From NCBI RefSeq assembly GCF_009914755.1, contig NC_060941.1: 64,000 bases of DNA; one strand, written 5' to 3'. A program made the translations under genes and the position numbers. Shown here one piece after another: positions 40,100 to 58,386 of this stretch (its first letter is position 1; the number at the start of each line of letters is the position of its first letter). Source of the DNA: the human T2T-CHM13v2.0 reference genome, Homo sapiens. The notes beneath the pieces were generated by a model. The model ran no database searches, was not told the DNA's origin, and was given only the letters and a program-made list of their open reading frames with translations.

Positions 40100-42030
40100 C
40101 GGCCTCTGCTCTGGTGGAACTTCCGGATGAAGAGGGTGAGGCGCTATTTACCATACTGGGTGCTGTGATGGGGGAGATTAAGGTGACAGCAGCTCCGGGA
40201 AGGGGACTCCTGACCCAACCTCTGGTGTGAAGAGCATAGAGAAGGCTTCCCAGAGTGAGGGGTGACCAGGAGGAGCCCGGGAGGAAGAGCATGGAGGGCA
40301 GAGGGAGCAGCATTTGCAAGGCCCAGAGGTAAGACAGTGCCTAGGGCAGGGCCCACGGGAGCATCCGGCCTGGAGGGAGCGGCCAGGGTCCTGGGAGCTG
40401 CGCGAGCTGTTAGGGTGCATCTTAGGAAGATTTCTGGGCAGGCTGTGGAGGATGGGTTGGAAGGTAATCAGAACGGAGGTGGAGTGACCTCTTAGAAGGC
40501 TGCCACAGAGGCCCAGGTGAGAGGTGATGGTAGCCAGGCCCAGGCCAGTGGCAGCCAGGTGGAAAGAGGTGGCCAGACTGATAAGAGATTTAAAAGGCAG
40601 AAGCCAGAGGACTTGGTGACTGATGGGCAGAAGGATGGGGGCCAGTGATCTGCTCAGGCTGGCTCCTGGGCTTCTGAAGAATGAATGAACGAATGAATGA
40701 ATGAATGAACAAACGAACTGGGAAACAGCACCAGATCTGAAAGCCCCAGGTTTCAGCTTGATCGTCGGGCTGGGGAGTTTGCTGCTGCACTTGCATTTGG
40801 TACACCTGCAGGGCATCCAAGTGGAGGTGCCCATGAGATGGCTGGACGCATGGAGGTGCCCTGGAGAAGGTGGAGAGAGAGGAAGCCGGCACAGCCTGCA
40901 AAGAGGCCAGAGAATGAGTAGCCAGAGCCCCTGAAGCCTCACAGGAGGAGGTCTTAGACAAGGCACAGCCAACAGTGCCAATGGCAAGAGATGAAGCAGG
41001 TGAGGCCCAAGAAGGGACATGTGTTCTAGGGACCCAGAGGCTTCTCCCTGTCCCCCAGCCTTTCCTTCTGTCTGTCCCCCAGCCCTTGCCCACCCCTCTA
41101 CGCTCCCTCCCCCGGTCTTTCCCCTATAGTACTCTTTCTCTCGATCTCCTCCTCGTCTCTCAGACCAGAAGGCTCAACATCTTTCTAAGGGAAACTTCGT
41201 GCTACTCCCACCCCACTGGGGTCCTGGTTGCCCTCCCTAGCTTCTGAAATCACCCCCCACACCCCCAACAACCACCACATACACCTTTCACCAGAGACTC
41301 ACCCAGCGCTTCCAGAAGCTGGGGCAAAGAGGAGCACACACGACCACCTGCCTACTGAGCAGCTCACACTTCCTCCAATGGAGCCACCACAAGGTACCGG
41401 CCTCCAGGGCAACTGCAGGCAATCCTGGCCCTCAGGGCCTTATGGCATAAAAGGGAGAGAAGCCATGACCCCAGCAGGCCTATGCAGACACAGTGAGAGA
41501 AGAGGCCCAGAGAAAAAGCTATGGACGTTTAGATCCAGTGGAGGGATCTGAGTGGGCTTCCTGGAGGTGACTCTGCGTAGGGCCTTGAAGGACTGGCAGG
41601 ATTTAGTCATGTGGCAATGGGAGCAAAGGCAGTTGCAGGAAGAGGGAGTGCGGTGAGGAAAGGGGTGGAGGTGGGAACTGGGGCTGACACCAGGGCAGCC
41701 AGTGCTCATAGTGGCTGGTGGCTGAAGAGTGTGGCCAGAGGGGTGGGAGGCGGCAAGGTGGAGGGCCACATCACACAGGCTGGAATGCGGAAGGACTTTA
41801 GAGTTTATCCACTGCTGCCTCTTGACGTGGGGCTTTCAGATCTGGTGCTGTTTCCCAGTTCATTCATTCATTCATTCATTCAGGAAATATTGCTTGCTTG
41901 GTGCTAGACAAGTGCCGAAGATGCTGTGAGAGGCAGATAGAAGTCCCTGCTGTCACGGATCTTAAGTTCCAGGAAGAGACACAGATATAGAGTCGTGAAC
42001 AAGTAAAGACTAAAAATTAAAATCATGATG
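40100..42030 (-). mobile_element. L2 fragments (others at about 48170-48750, 55800-56680, 62700-63740)
   Basis: (TTCA)n tail followed by aagtccctgc..., ggcttcctggaggtgac, ggcatccaagtggagg motifs. Confidence 0.65.
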
Positions 42031-45000
42031 GGGGATGCCATCATGACTGGCCACTCTGAAGGCCGGGCTTGTGTCCTGTCTCCCCTCAGACTGAGGGCTC
42101 CCTGAGGGCAGAGCCTGTGCCTGCTCCATCAGACAAAGGTAGAACCAGCTTCTCCATCAGGCTAGAAGCACCCTGAGACTCAGGGAGAGGCATGGAGCAT
42201 CTGGGAACAAGAGCTGAGGTGTCCTAGAAACCTCCCAGGAACAGACCCAGGGATAGAAGTTGGCAGGCAACTGGCAAAGGACCCTCTTCCCAGCCAGGCC
42301 AAATGTGGGAGGGCTTCCCTCTCCTCCTCCCCATCCAGCCCCCGACCCCATTAAACCTTTAAATTAACTTCAGCTCCACCCCGAGCTATAGAGAGTGCCC
42401 CAAAATAAATCCTAAATTACATGCTGCTTGGGGGCAACCACAGTTCTCCTTCCTCCCTCTCCAGCAAGCAGACCCGCCCGACACCGTGCTGAGGGGGCTC
42501 CCCCAAAATGGGCTATTTATACAGCTCCTGCTCCCCTGTTTGCTCTCTGGCCCTGTTGTCCTTGAGTGAGGCCCAAGCAGGCTATACAGCTGTCTTGGGA
42601 GGGTGAAGGGAGTGGGAGAGGCTGTGAGCCTTGCCAGGGTCTGACTGGCCATGGGGGATGTAATTTTTAGTCCAAACTAGGATACTTTGGAGTGCTCGTA
42701 GCAGTTACACCCAGGCAATGACATAGGTCTGAACTGTCCTGGGCACACGGGGTATCTGGTCACCCAGCGATGGGGCTCAGACTCCAGCCTCTCAGCCACC
42801 CAGAGCATTGCCTTCTTGGGGATGAGAGAGACAGAGAGAGAGAGAGAGAAGAGAGAGAGAGATTGCCTTCATCCCCGTTGCTGAGACAAGCAGTTCTGAA
42901 TATGGGGGCACTGGGGCTCCCATACCACCTGGCAAAGCAGAATGGGCTCTGGCTTCAAGGACTCCCAGGCACAGAGAGGTCCTGCAGGAGGGTCTGGGCA
43001 AAGAAGTGGGGAGCCGGATGTGGCTGTTTTGAGACCACAGGCTTGGGTCAGGGGCCTCCCTCTCCCTGGACAAAGCCACCTTCCATTCTGGGAAGCTGGC
43101 CCCAGATACTGGAGCTGCTCCCCTTAGGGAAAAGAGAGAGGGGGAGGGAGAGGAGAAAAGGGAGAAGAGAGTGGAAGATAGAGAAAGACAGGCACACACA
43201 AAGAAGCGGCAGAGTGAAGGACAGAGACAGAAACAGAGGTGGGCAATGACAGAGGGAGGGAGAGTGGGGAAGGGGTGCTTCCAGAGCCCCAGGATGGCAG
43301 CACCCCCTTCCTACCCACAGGGCCCGCTGTGGTAGCCCTGTGGGCTCCGCACCGCACCGCTCTCTCTGTTCTCCACCCCACCGCAGTGAAGTGGGGGCAG
43401 GGCCTCTGCTGGCTGCCCAGGAGGACACCCGCCGCTCCTCCACTGCCTCCCTCCTCAAGACTAGCAGTGGGTGGCTGGGCCCAGATGCCTGCTCCCCGGC
43501 TGCTGGCGGGCTCAGGTGTCTGCAGAGCGTCCTCCTGCTCCCTGCCATCCTTGCACGCCCCTCTATTTCAGGCAGCCTGGCCCCTGCTCAGTGCCCTCTC
43601 TGGAAGCCTGCTCCTTGGCCAGCAGACCTGGCTCCCCCAGGTCCAGCCTCTACCTGCCCGCTCCTCCCGTCCCCTTGAGGGGGCTTTGCTTCAAAGGGGT
43701 GGAGCTAGGGCTCCTCCTCCCTGTGAGGTTGCGCTGGGGGTAGGAGCCTGGAGGGGAGTCAGAGGCAGGGCTGAGGAACCAGAGGCTCCTCTCACTCTGA
43801 GTCAGTCACAGGGAGGGGAGGGTGGAGGGGGCGGCAAGGAGGTGGACCGAGAAAGAGCCGGCCACAGAGATGTCCAGGGAATGGGGCAGGGCTGGGTGGC
43901 AGCATCACAGTGTCTGGAGGGCCAGGTACACATCCAAGTGCACACCGTCATGCAGCGATTTAGAGACGGGGCCCAACCTCTGCAGGCTTCAGCCTTGGAT
44001 TGTGAACAGAGGGGACACACAGCACAGGACCAGCTGACCAGATCCCAGCCACCGCTTGTTTGCACTCACAAGTAAATTGATGCCGACAACCTGGAGCGGA
44101 GGGCTGGTGGTGTGTGAGTGTGAGTATGTGTGTGTGTGTTGGGAGAATAACAGAGGATTCAACCAGTGTCACCCAAAAGGGGCAAGGACCCCGCAGCACT
44201 GGGAAAGGGTCACAAAAGCCTTCCTCGCCTTAGAGGAGTCAACATGCTGTCTTCCCAATCCAACTTGATTATCTGTCTGCTCAGCAGCCCCCATGATCCC
44301 CACCTCCCAAGAAAACACTGTTTATGGGGCCTGGGGCATCAGGCCTGTCATTTAGCTGGAGGAGGCAACCCAAGCCACAACTGGGAGCTGAGCCCTGTGT
44401 GGAGAGGCAATGCCCAGCCTGAGGCAGGCACCAGCCCAGACACTTAGTGCCCTGTTTACCCTGGCAAGGGTGGCTGGCACAGGTGGGCCTCTCCAGGGAG
44501 CAGCTGGTGGCCCTGCCAGCAGACTCCCCTGCAGGCCAGAGAGGAGGCCAGGACAGCAGCTCTCCAGGATGGGGAGGGAGGCACCTTGCCCGCCGCACAC
44601 CCTGCACTGCAGTTTGCAGGGTGCCAGCCTCTGAAGCTCAGGGGTCTCCCAGCTGCCCTGCAAGGGAGACCATATGGCCCAGGGCCCAGCAGGAGAAACC
44701 ACAGCTCCAGGATGCTGGACACTGGTCCCCAAGGCCCCCCAGGGGAGGCTGAAGGAAGCCCCAGGTCTTTGGGGTCCTGGTCTGATAGGCCCAGATGCCA
44801 CTCAACTCCCCAGGTTTGTGGGACCCACCTTCTGCATCCAAAGGCACATGTAACTTGGCATAAACAAACACCCTTTCCCCATCACAGCCCATCACTACAC
44901 AGTCGCTGTACCCACAGTCCTTCTCTATCACACAGATGGTATAGAACATGCTCCTGCACTCTGCCACACCCAACATACACATCATCCAGCACCCAGCTCA

Positions 45001-48000
45001 CAAACGCAGCATACACACACCAGACACACAATGCTCACCCAACACAGCTCCTTCTCCACCCGCATAACCTCCACTCCAGCAGCAAGGTCACATTTGCTTG
45101 CATGCGCGCACACACGCACACGTGCGCACACACACACACAGTCCTCTGAACCAATACACTCTCCTCCCAGTGCCACACTTGAAAGTGGGCCCAAGTAGGG
45201 GCCACCATTTTAGTCCTGGGCTTCTCCCTGCCCCTCCCACTCTCCGTCCTCCCTGCCACTCTCGGTCCTCCTCCCACTTCCTCTGCCCGCCTTCCACTTT
45301 CTCCCTTTCTCTCTCTCCTAGCTGAGCCCCTGGCCCTGAGGTCTCTTTCCCAGCACATGGTGGGACACTTGAGGGCCACACATATGGGCAGCTCCCAGCA
45401 GCTATTAAATACCACTTCGCCCACCTCTGGGGTTTTGAGGGGCTGCAAATTCCGGAGGACAGGAGGCAGCAGCTGGCAGCTGCTCAGGGCCTCAGATCCC
45501 CCTGCTCACCATTCCCCCATGCACCGCCCACCCCTCCTCATTCCGGGCTGAGTCATCCCCACATCTGGAACCTCTGCACATCTGGAAGAGCTGAAGCCTG
45601 TGCAAGCAGCTCCACGTAGACACCCCCTCCCCCCTGCTCCATCTCATCCCCATCCCTGCTGGCAGTTGGGGTCCAGCATCCCCCACCTGGAGCAGGACCT
45701 CGGTTACCTAGCAGCAGGCACTGCTGGGCCAGCCTTGGGGACCAGGATTGCCCACAGGTCTCTCCCCAGTAGCAGTAACAGTGGCGTCTTGGTGCCCACC
45801 GCAGTAAGCAGGCAGGGCAGTGCTAGCCTTGGAGGAGGCCAGGCCCAAGGCTGGGGGAGGCAGGAGAGCCAGGCAGGGAGGAGGTAGTGGTTTGGCCCAG
45901 CAGGCAGAGGGAGTTTATCCTGGCACTGGGCCCTGAAGCCAAACATCCTCCACGAACCTCGCAGACACATCAAAGCCCGCAGGGAAGGGGCCCTTCCGTA
46001 GAGGAAACCTACAGTCCTGGAGGCCTGACAACCTGACTCCGGGCACAGGACCACCCTGTCCCACTCAGCAACCCAGGCTCAGGTCGGGCACAGCTGCCTG
46101 GAGTGGACAGGCAGAAAAGGACATTTCTACCCAGGGGCCCTGCCGCCTCACCCCACTCGTTCAGTGCTGCCACAGAATGAGGTTTTGCCCCCATGAGGGG
46201 GCAGAGTTGGCACCAGATTTAGCTTTAGCCCCTAGTACAGGGGTCCCTCCCAAACTGCCCCCCTCCCACCCTCCAGGCAGGGAAGGCTGATGGGGAGGGG
46301 CTCACTTTGTCTGTGCGCCACCCTTTCAGCCCCAGCCTGGAAGAGAAGTCGTGCTCAGTTGTGGGGGGATCCAGCTTCCTCCCCCAGGCTCTGATGTTCT
46401 GCAGAAGACCCCTCCACATGGACAAGAGGGAAATGGAGAGGGCAGGGGGGTTAGGGGTTGGGAGAAAAACCAAGCTTCAAAAAGTAGAAGCTGAAGTGGA
46501 ATCAGAAGGCGAGAACTGGGCTGCAAGCCACAGGGCCTCTCTCTGGGGGGACAGCTGGGGCCGGAGGAGGAAGAGGGGTTGTGAGGCGCTAACAAGGGAG
46601 AGAGGAGGTGCTAACAGGGCCACTGGGGTGCGGGGATCCTGAAGCCAGCCCCCTAAAGGTTGGCCCGGAGATAAGGAAGCCAGGCACTGGCGGTGGGGTA
46701 AGGGGTGTGAGTGGGAGCTGCCAATCAACACAGGAGGCTGGGATGCTCTGCATACACACATGTGCACGTAATGTACATACATGTGCACATGCAGCTCCCA
46801 CACAACCAAAGCCAAGTCTGTCCTCAGCTGGGAACCAGATGATGTGGCTGCTTAGAGGCACTATGATTTGAGGAAGAATGTGATCTCTGCCAGCCTGAAT
46901 CCCTCACCCACTGCTCACACTCATTCTCTGCCTTTACAGCTTCAGGCTGGGCCTGCGCCCCACTCTAGTCTAAGCCCCAGACCATGGAAGGGCTCCCCTT
47001 CCCATGGTTGTCCTGAATCCGCAGTTCCTTTGGATCTGAAAAGTTCTTTTAGGTCTAACTACAACCCCAGTAACATTTGGGTCAGAAACAAAGGAATCCA
47101 CAAGCAGGGTGCAGCAGAACCCTCTTTTCAGGAGCCAACAAGAACAGAGCTAGAAATCGAGGATACCAAATTCCTTTCTTCCGTCTGGCTACAGGATCCG
47201 GTCTCAGACAGTAGACTGAAGGAGGGGGCCCCAGAGGAAGGAGGCCAGGCATGGGGGCTCTCAAGACCCTCACGCTAGTCTTAGCTCAGTCTCTCCTGCC
47301 CAAGCCTTCATGGCTCTGCTCCATCTGCCACTCCAGAAACCAAAGCTCATCAGCTCAACCTTCCCCTAACCCTCCCCACCTGACACCCATCCAGGCTCTT
47401 TGAGGTGTTTTCCTTTCCACCCTGGCCTGTGCCCCAGAAACCTACACTTTAGAAGGATAATGGCTCCCAAATGGCGTTTTTGTCTCTGCTAAGCCTCCAG
47501 GAAAGTGAGCATCAGTGAGTCCCTCCAACCTGCTCATTGGGATAATAAGTGCCCTGCACTGTTAATTCTCAGGTGGTTTGCCCTCCCTCCACCCTCCCGG
47601 CCCACAGATTCATGGTTCAAACTTGGAGCTGACTCTAGAAGTGATCTCCTCCACCCCCATGCCCATCACCCCAAGAATGAGAAAGGGGCTGGTGGGCTTC
47701 AATTTCCAAAAAAAGTTGGAAAGGGGACTGAGGTCCCCATCCCATGGCCAAGAAGTCCTATTCTTGGACTCTGCCTCCTCCAGGAAGGCGGACCGTAAGC
47801 CAAGCATTCCTTGCTACACCCCCTTAGGAGTCGCTCAATCCCTACGGAGCCATCTTCCTCACTTGCTGAGGGGGAGTCACAAATTTGAGCATACCCTTTG
47901 GAGGGGGTGCAGGAAGCAGAAGACGTGGATTCCCCAAACCACACAGCCAGTGTGGTGGGGAGCCCAGTCAGTCTGAACTCCTCCCACCCCAACCACGAGT

Positions 48001-50407
48001 CCTTCACCAAGGACTTTGGAAATGAATTCCCTACCCCCTTAGAGAAATCTGGCCCCTGACCCAGGAAGGCCCCTAACCAGCTTGGATTCAACGACAACAG
48101 AGCCAGTGTTTACTTGGAACAAAGCACCAGGGGGAAATGCATGCTGAATCAGAGCTGGCCAGCCCCTGCAGCAGGGTGGGAGCATTAGGACATGTCCACA
48201 CGTCTTCAAGGGAAAATGGCTAAGGGCTGTCAGAGAGGCCCAGGGAAGAGGCCTGGGTAGGGGCGAGCAGGGAGCAGACAATCACTTGTTGAAGGAAGAT
48301 CCAAGTCCAGGTAGGCTTTCTGGAGGAGGTGGCATTTGGGCTGAGCTTTAAAGGATGGGGAAGAATGTGTTCGGTTTCTGGGAGGGATTTGGGGAAGAAA
48401 CTAGGTGGAAAAAACTGCCTGGACAGAGGCAAGGAGAGAAGCAGAAAGAGTAAGAGGAGGGGCTGGAGAACATGGTGGGGGGTGGGGGTCAGGTGGGGAC
48501 TGGTTATGGGGGACCCTGAAGGTCTCTCTGAGATGGGACTTTATTCAGGTGGCAGCAGGGAGCCTCCGATTAGGGAACAAGAGAGCGACATGCCCAACAT
48601 GGCCTGTCCCTCCTTGGCAATGAGGTGACCAAGCTAGAGGCCTTGTTGAATATGGCTACGAGAGTCCTGAGGAGCCAGGCTGCACGGGGTGCCGATGGCA
48701 GTGGGGATAAAGGGAGAGGACACCTGTGACAGGCACAGCCTCCAGTCTCCATGAGCTCTCAGCCCATGTGGAGAGGCGGGCCTCCTCTGTGAAGTAGACC
48801 CAGGCAGCGCTCAGTGGGCTGTGCGGGAGTAGAAAGGGGGAACAAACTGGGAGTGGAGGGAATCACATCTCCAGTCCCAGACCACGTTCAGGAGTGGTCG
48901 GCACCTGGACGGACATCCTCTGGGATCTGTCACCAGCCCCACCTTCTCAGGCCTGACTGGCCTTAAGTGGGGCCCAGTGGACAGCAGAGGGGTTTAGTGA
49001 GCAAAGCTTCCTGGGGAAACTGGGGTTGGATGCTGCAGCCCATCCAGGGAGGTGAGCAGTCCAAAAGCAGCGAGACCCTGCACTCCTTGGCACCCCACTC
49101 TGCCTCCATGTGAAATGCAGAGAAGGAAGTATGGGCCCCTTGTCTCTGCCAGGAATGACAGCTAGCATTTATTTGCCATTACTGTATGCCAGACTCTGAG
49201 CGGCCTGTTTCATCCTCATCATGGCCTATATGATGAGGGAGGTACTGTTATCCAACTCCTCCCTCTCCTTCCTGTTGAGAGAGGCCCAGAGAAGTTCCAT
49301 TTCTCGTCTAAGGTCACACAGCACAACATATTCAGTGGCACACTGACTAACACGACACAATACTGCCCCTACAGGCAGAGCCGGGCTAGAGCAGAGCATT
49401 CTGCTGGCTTTGAAAAGAGATCCCAGCCTAGTGCCATCAGCCATTACAGATATTAGTGTCCACCAAAGTATGGGGGTGGGGGGGACTGCCAAGTAAAACA
49501 GAATTCACCCTGGCTCTTCCCCTTCACCCAAGCCTGGCCCCCTGGGCTGGGCTGAGCCAGGCTAGGCGAGGCCACCCACCCTGAGTGATCCTCCATCCAG
49601 AGCAGTGGAGCAGGGCTCCCCAGGCCCGAGGTGAGTGCCACCTGTGCTGGGTGTGGCGTCTTGAGCGCTGCATGGTTCTGATCCTGACTCAGCCCCTCAT
49701 GTCCTGTGCGACCTGGCCTTCCCGCTCTCCAGGCCCTGGTTGCCTCCTCTGAGAAGGGCGTAAGTGGGCCGGCTGGCCTCGGAGGCCCCTCCTTCCAGCT
49801 GGGCCCCGGCAGGATGCACAATCAGCTCATTCTTTAGTGAATGCACTGGGGGCCCAGCGAGCGTTTATGAAGACATTTCGAAGTGGCTGCTCTTGGGAAA
49901 CCCCAGATGGAATTTGGTGTTGAATCTAGGGGGCCGCTGACTACATGAGGCCTCTGGGTTTCTGTGCTCGTGTATGCCTGAGCACCTGCACACGCTGCCC
50001 TCCTGGTGCTAGGTGACGTGCCAAACAGAAGATGCTGGCCTTGTCCAGGACCCTCCTTCCTCTAGAACAGCCCTTCTCTGCTCAGTCTAGGGGGGTCCAT
50101 GGTGCTCCCACCCCCTTCTGACCTCACCCACCAAAAATCCGAGGGCCCTGGGGCCATGATGAATGCTAACAGGCCCTGGTGTTCTTGGCCTGGCCTGGGA
50201 CCACCCACTTCCAGGCTCCTCATCTTGTCCCCATCTGCAGGAAGGAACGTAGGGCAGTTTGGTGTCATGGAACTGGGGGCCCAGCCGAGGGGCTCAAGAG
50301 CCCTTCAGACTCTGCCTGGTGAGTCAAGTGCTAAGGACCTCACTTCTTCATTGGAAGATGTGGGGTGGGGGTGGAGTTTGTTCCTAGGACATTGTAGCGA
50401 TGTGGAT

Positions 50408-51209
<802 letters not shown>

Positions 51210-52139
51210 AGATCTGGGTCAGGTTGATGCCAGAGACCCAGAGAGCAGCTATGCCAGCCTCCTCCCCCTCCTCCTGCCCCTCTTCAGGGCACTGGTGCCC
51301 GCCTAGTTCCCTCACCCCCACTCCTGCTGACCCCCCACATCTGTCCCTTGAGTTCCCACATGCCCTTCTCAGCACCCTCATTTCACCCCGCAGGGTATCT
51401 TCCTCCTCTAAGCTCAACCATTTTCCCATTTTCCTCTCCCGTAAGGGCCACACCTCTGTAGGGCTCCCAGCCTGGGCAGGATAGCAGGGAGTGTGGGGTA
51501 GAGACCCCAGGCCTTGCTGTTGCAGTGGGGCCTGGGTGGGGACAAGAAGAACCCTGGCAGCCCAAGTTGGCAACGACTCAAGAGGTGGAGGCTCCAGCAC
51601 TCTCAGGACGAGGTCCCCCTGCCAAGGTCCACCTGCAGGGGAGGAGGGGAGACGGCGGCCCCTTCCCTTCTCCAAGCTCACAGTCACTTCAAATACAGAG
51701 GGGCCAGATCCCAATACCCCTCGGATCAGGAGACTAGAAGATTATCTTCTTAAGGGGCAAAAAGGGCTAGGAGGTAATGGGAAATAGAGACAGGGAAAGG
51801 GAGAGAGAGAGCAGGGAGACAGCATAAGAAACAGACCGAGAGACTGGGGGTGCAGGACCAAACCAGGGACAAGGAGAAGGGACCAGAGAAACCGAGAAAA
51901 ACAGACGCCTCCGCCGAGGCAGACAGAGGTGAACAGAGAGAGGAGAAACAGACGGGAGAACAGAGGGAAAGGCTGGGAACTCGAGAGAAACTGGGTGCGG
52001 ACAGATGGGAAGAAACCGAAACAGAAAAACAGAGGCTGGGAGAAACGGGGAGAGACACAGAGGGGTTAAATATAAGACAGAGAACATGACTGGGAGAGAT
52101 GAGGGAGAAGGGTGAGAGGCAGAGAGCAAGGAAAGAGAA

Positions 52140-52625
52140 GAAACGCCCACGACGTCGGGGGTGTTTTTCAGGGGTCAAGACAGATTGGCGACACAGCAGG
52201 AGGCGCCCAAGGACATGACGTTGAGCCTCTCAGGGTCCCCCTTGGCCGGGCCAGGGAGCAGCGCCCCACGCTCCATCACCCCCTCTCCCCCTCCCGCGGT
52301 CCTGGCTGCACTGCTCCTGCCTCGCCCTCGCCCAGCGCCCCCAGCCCACAAGCCCCGGCCGCGCCCCTCCCGGCTCCCGGGGGCACCCGCGCTGGGCGAC
52401 GCTGCCACCTGCCGGCCGCTCCCGGAAGCTCCGCGCCTGGAGTGCTGGAGGCGGCGGCCGCAGGGGGCTCAGAATCAGGCCCCTCCGCACTGGGGCGGCC
52501 TCCGCGGGGTCTTTCCAGGAATCTGGATGGGCCTGCTCGCCCGCGCCCCGGCGGGCCTGGCAGAGGACCAGCCCCAGCTGCGGACCCCGGGGCAGTCTAA
52601 ACCCTGGGGCCTTGAGTTCCCGTTT
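52140..52625. promoter_or_regulatory. CpG island with candidate CTCF motif
   Basis: Highest CpG density in the window; gctgccacctgccggcc at 52401-52417 resembles the CTCF core. Confidence 0.75.
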
Positions 52626-53028
52626 TGTCAATGGGAGAAAATGCACCAACACCTCCTGTAGGATTTCAAGAGGGGAGGGGACACGAAGGTACCCACGTTG
52701 TGCTCCTGGTCTTCCTTCCTCGACCTGGAAATCTCAGGTCACTCTGAAATCAGCCAGGCTGCTCTGTCCCTCCCTTTTTGGTCAAAACACAATGGGGTGA
52801 TATCCCCCAACCATAACCCCTCAAAATCTACCCTAGAACCTTCGCCTTCCCCTCCCTCAACCTCTGCCCCCATTTGACTTCTCACCAGACCCAGAGGTCC
52901 AGATAAGAAGGGGCTTCCACGTCCCCTTCCCACTCCCGCCGGTCCCGGCACCCCTCCCTGGAGTCTGGGGCACTTAGGAGTGGAGGAGTTGGGAGTTAGG
53001 AAGGCCCAGCTCAGCGGTGTGGAGTTGA

Positions 53029-53184
<156 letters not shown>

Positions 53185-53329
53185 TAGTTGGGATTACAGG
53201 CACCCGCCACCACGCCCGGCTAAATTTTGTATTTCTAGTGGAGACGGGGGGTCTCACCATGTAGGCCAAGCTGGTCTCGAACTCCTGACCTGAAGTGATC
53301 CTCCCAAAGTGCTGGTATTACAGGCGTGA

Positions 53330-58386
<5,057 letters not shown>

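Noticed and set aside
40178-41020. 280-aa minus-strand ORF
   Set aside because: Runs through L2 sequence and the (GAAT)n insertion; not coding-like
42503-42522. Adjacent CArG-like (ccaaaatggg) and MEF2/TATA-like (ctatttatac) motifs
   Set aside because: Each has a mismatch to consensus and they abut a pseudo-exon remnant; insufficient support
43239-44075. 278-aa plus-strand ORF
   Set aside because: GTG start and no recognisable domain; likely the antisense shadow of the decayed minus-strand exon
44070-44090. 21-nt micro-exon (AG|VVGINLL|GTGAGT)
   Set aside because: The frame continues into family-like sequence beyond the GTGAGT, so this is more likely a cryptic donor inside a larger exon; not fully excluded
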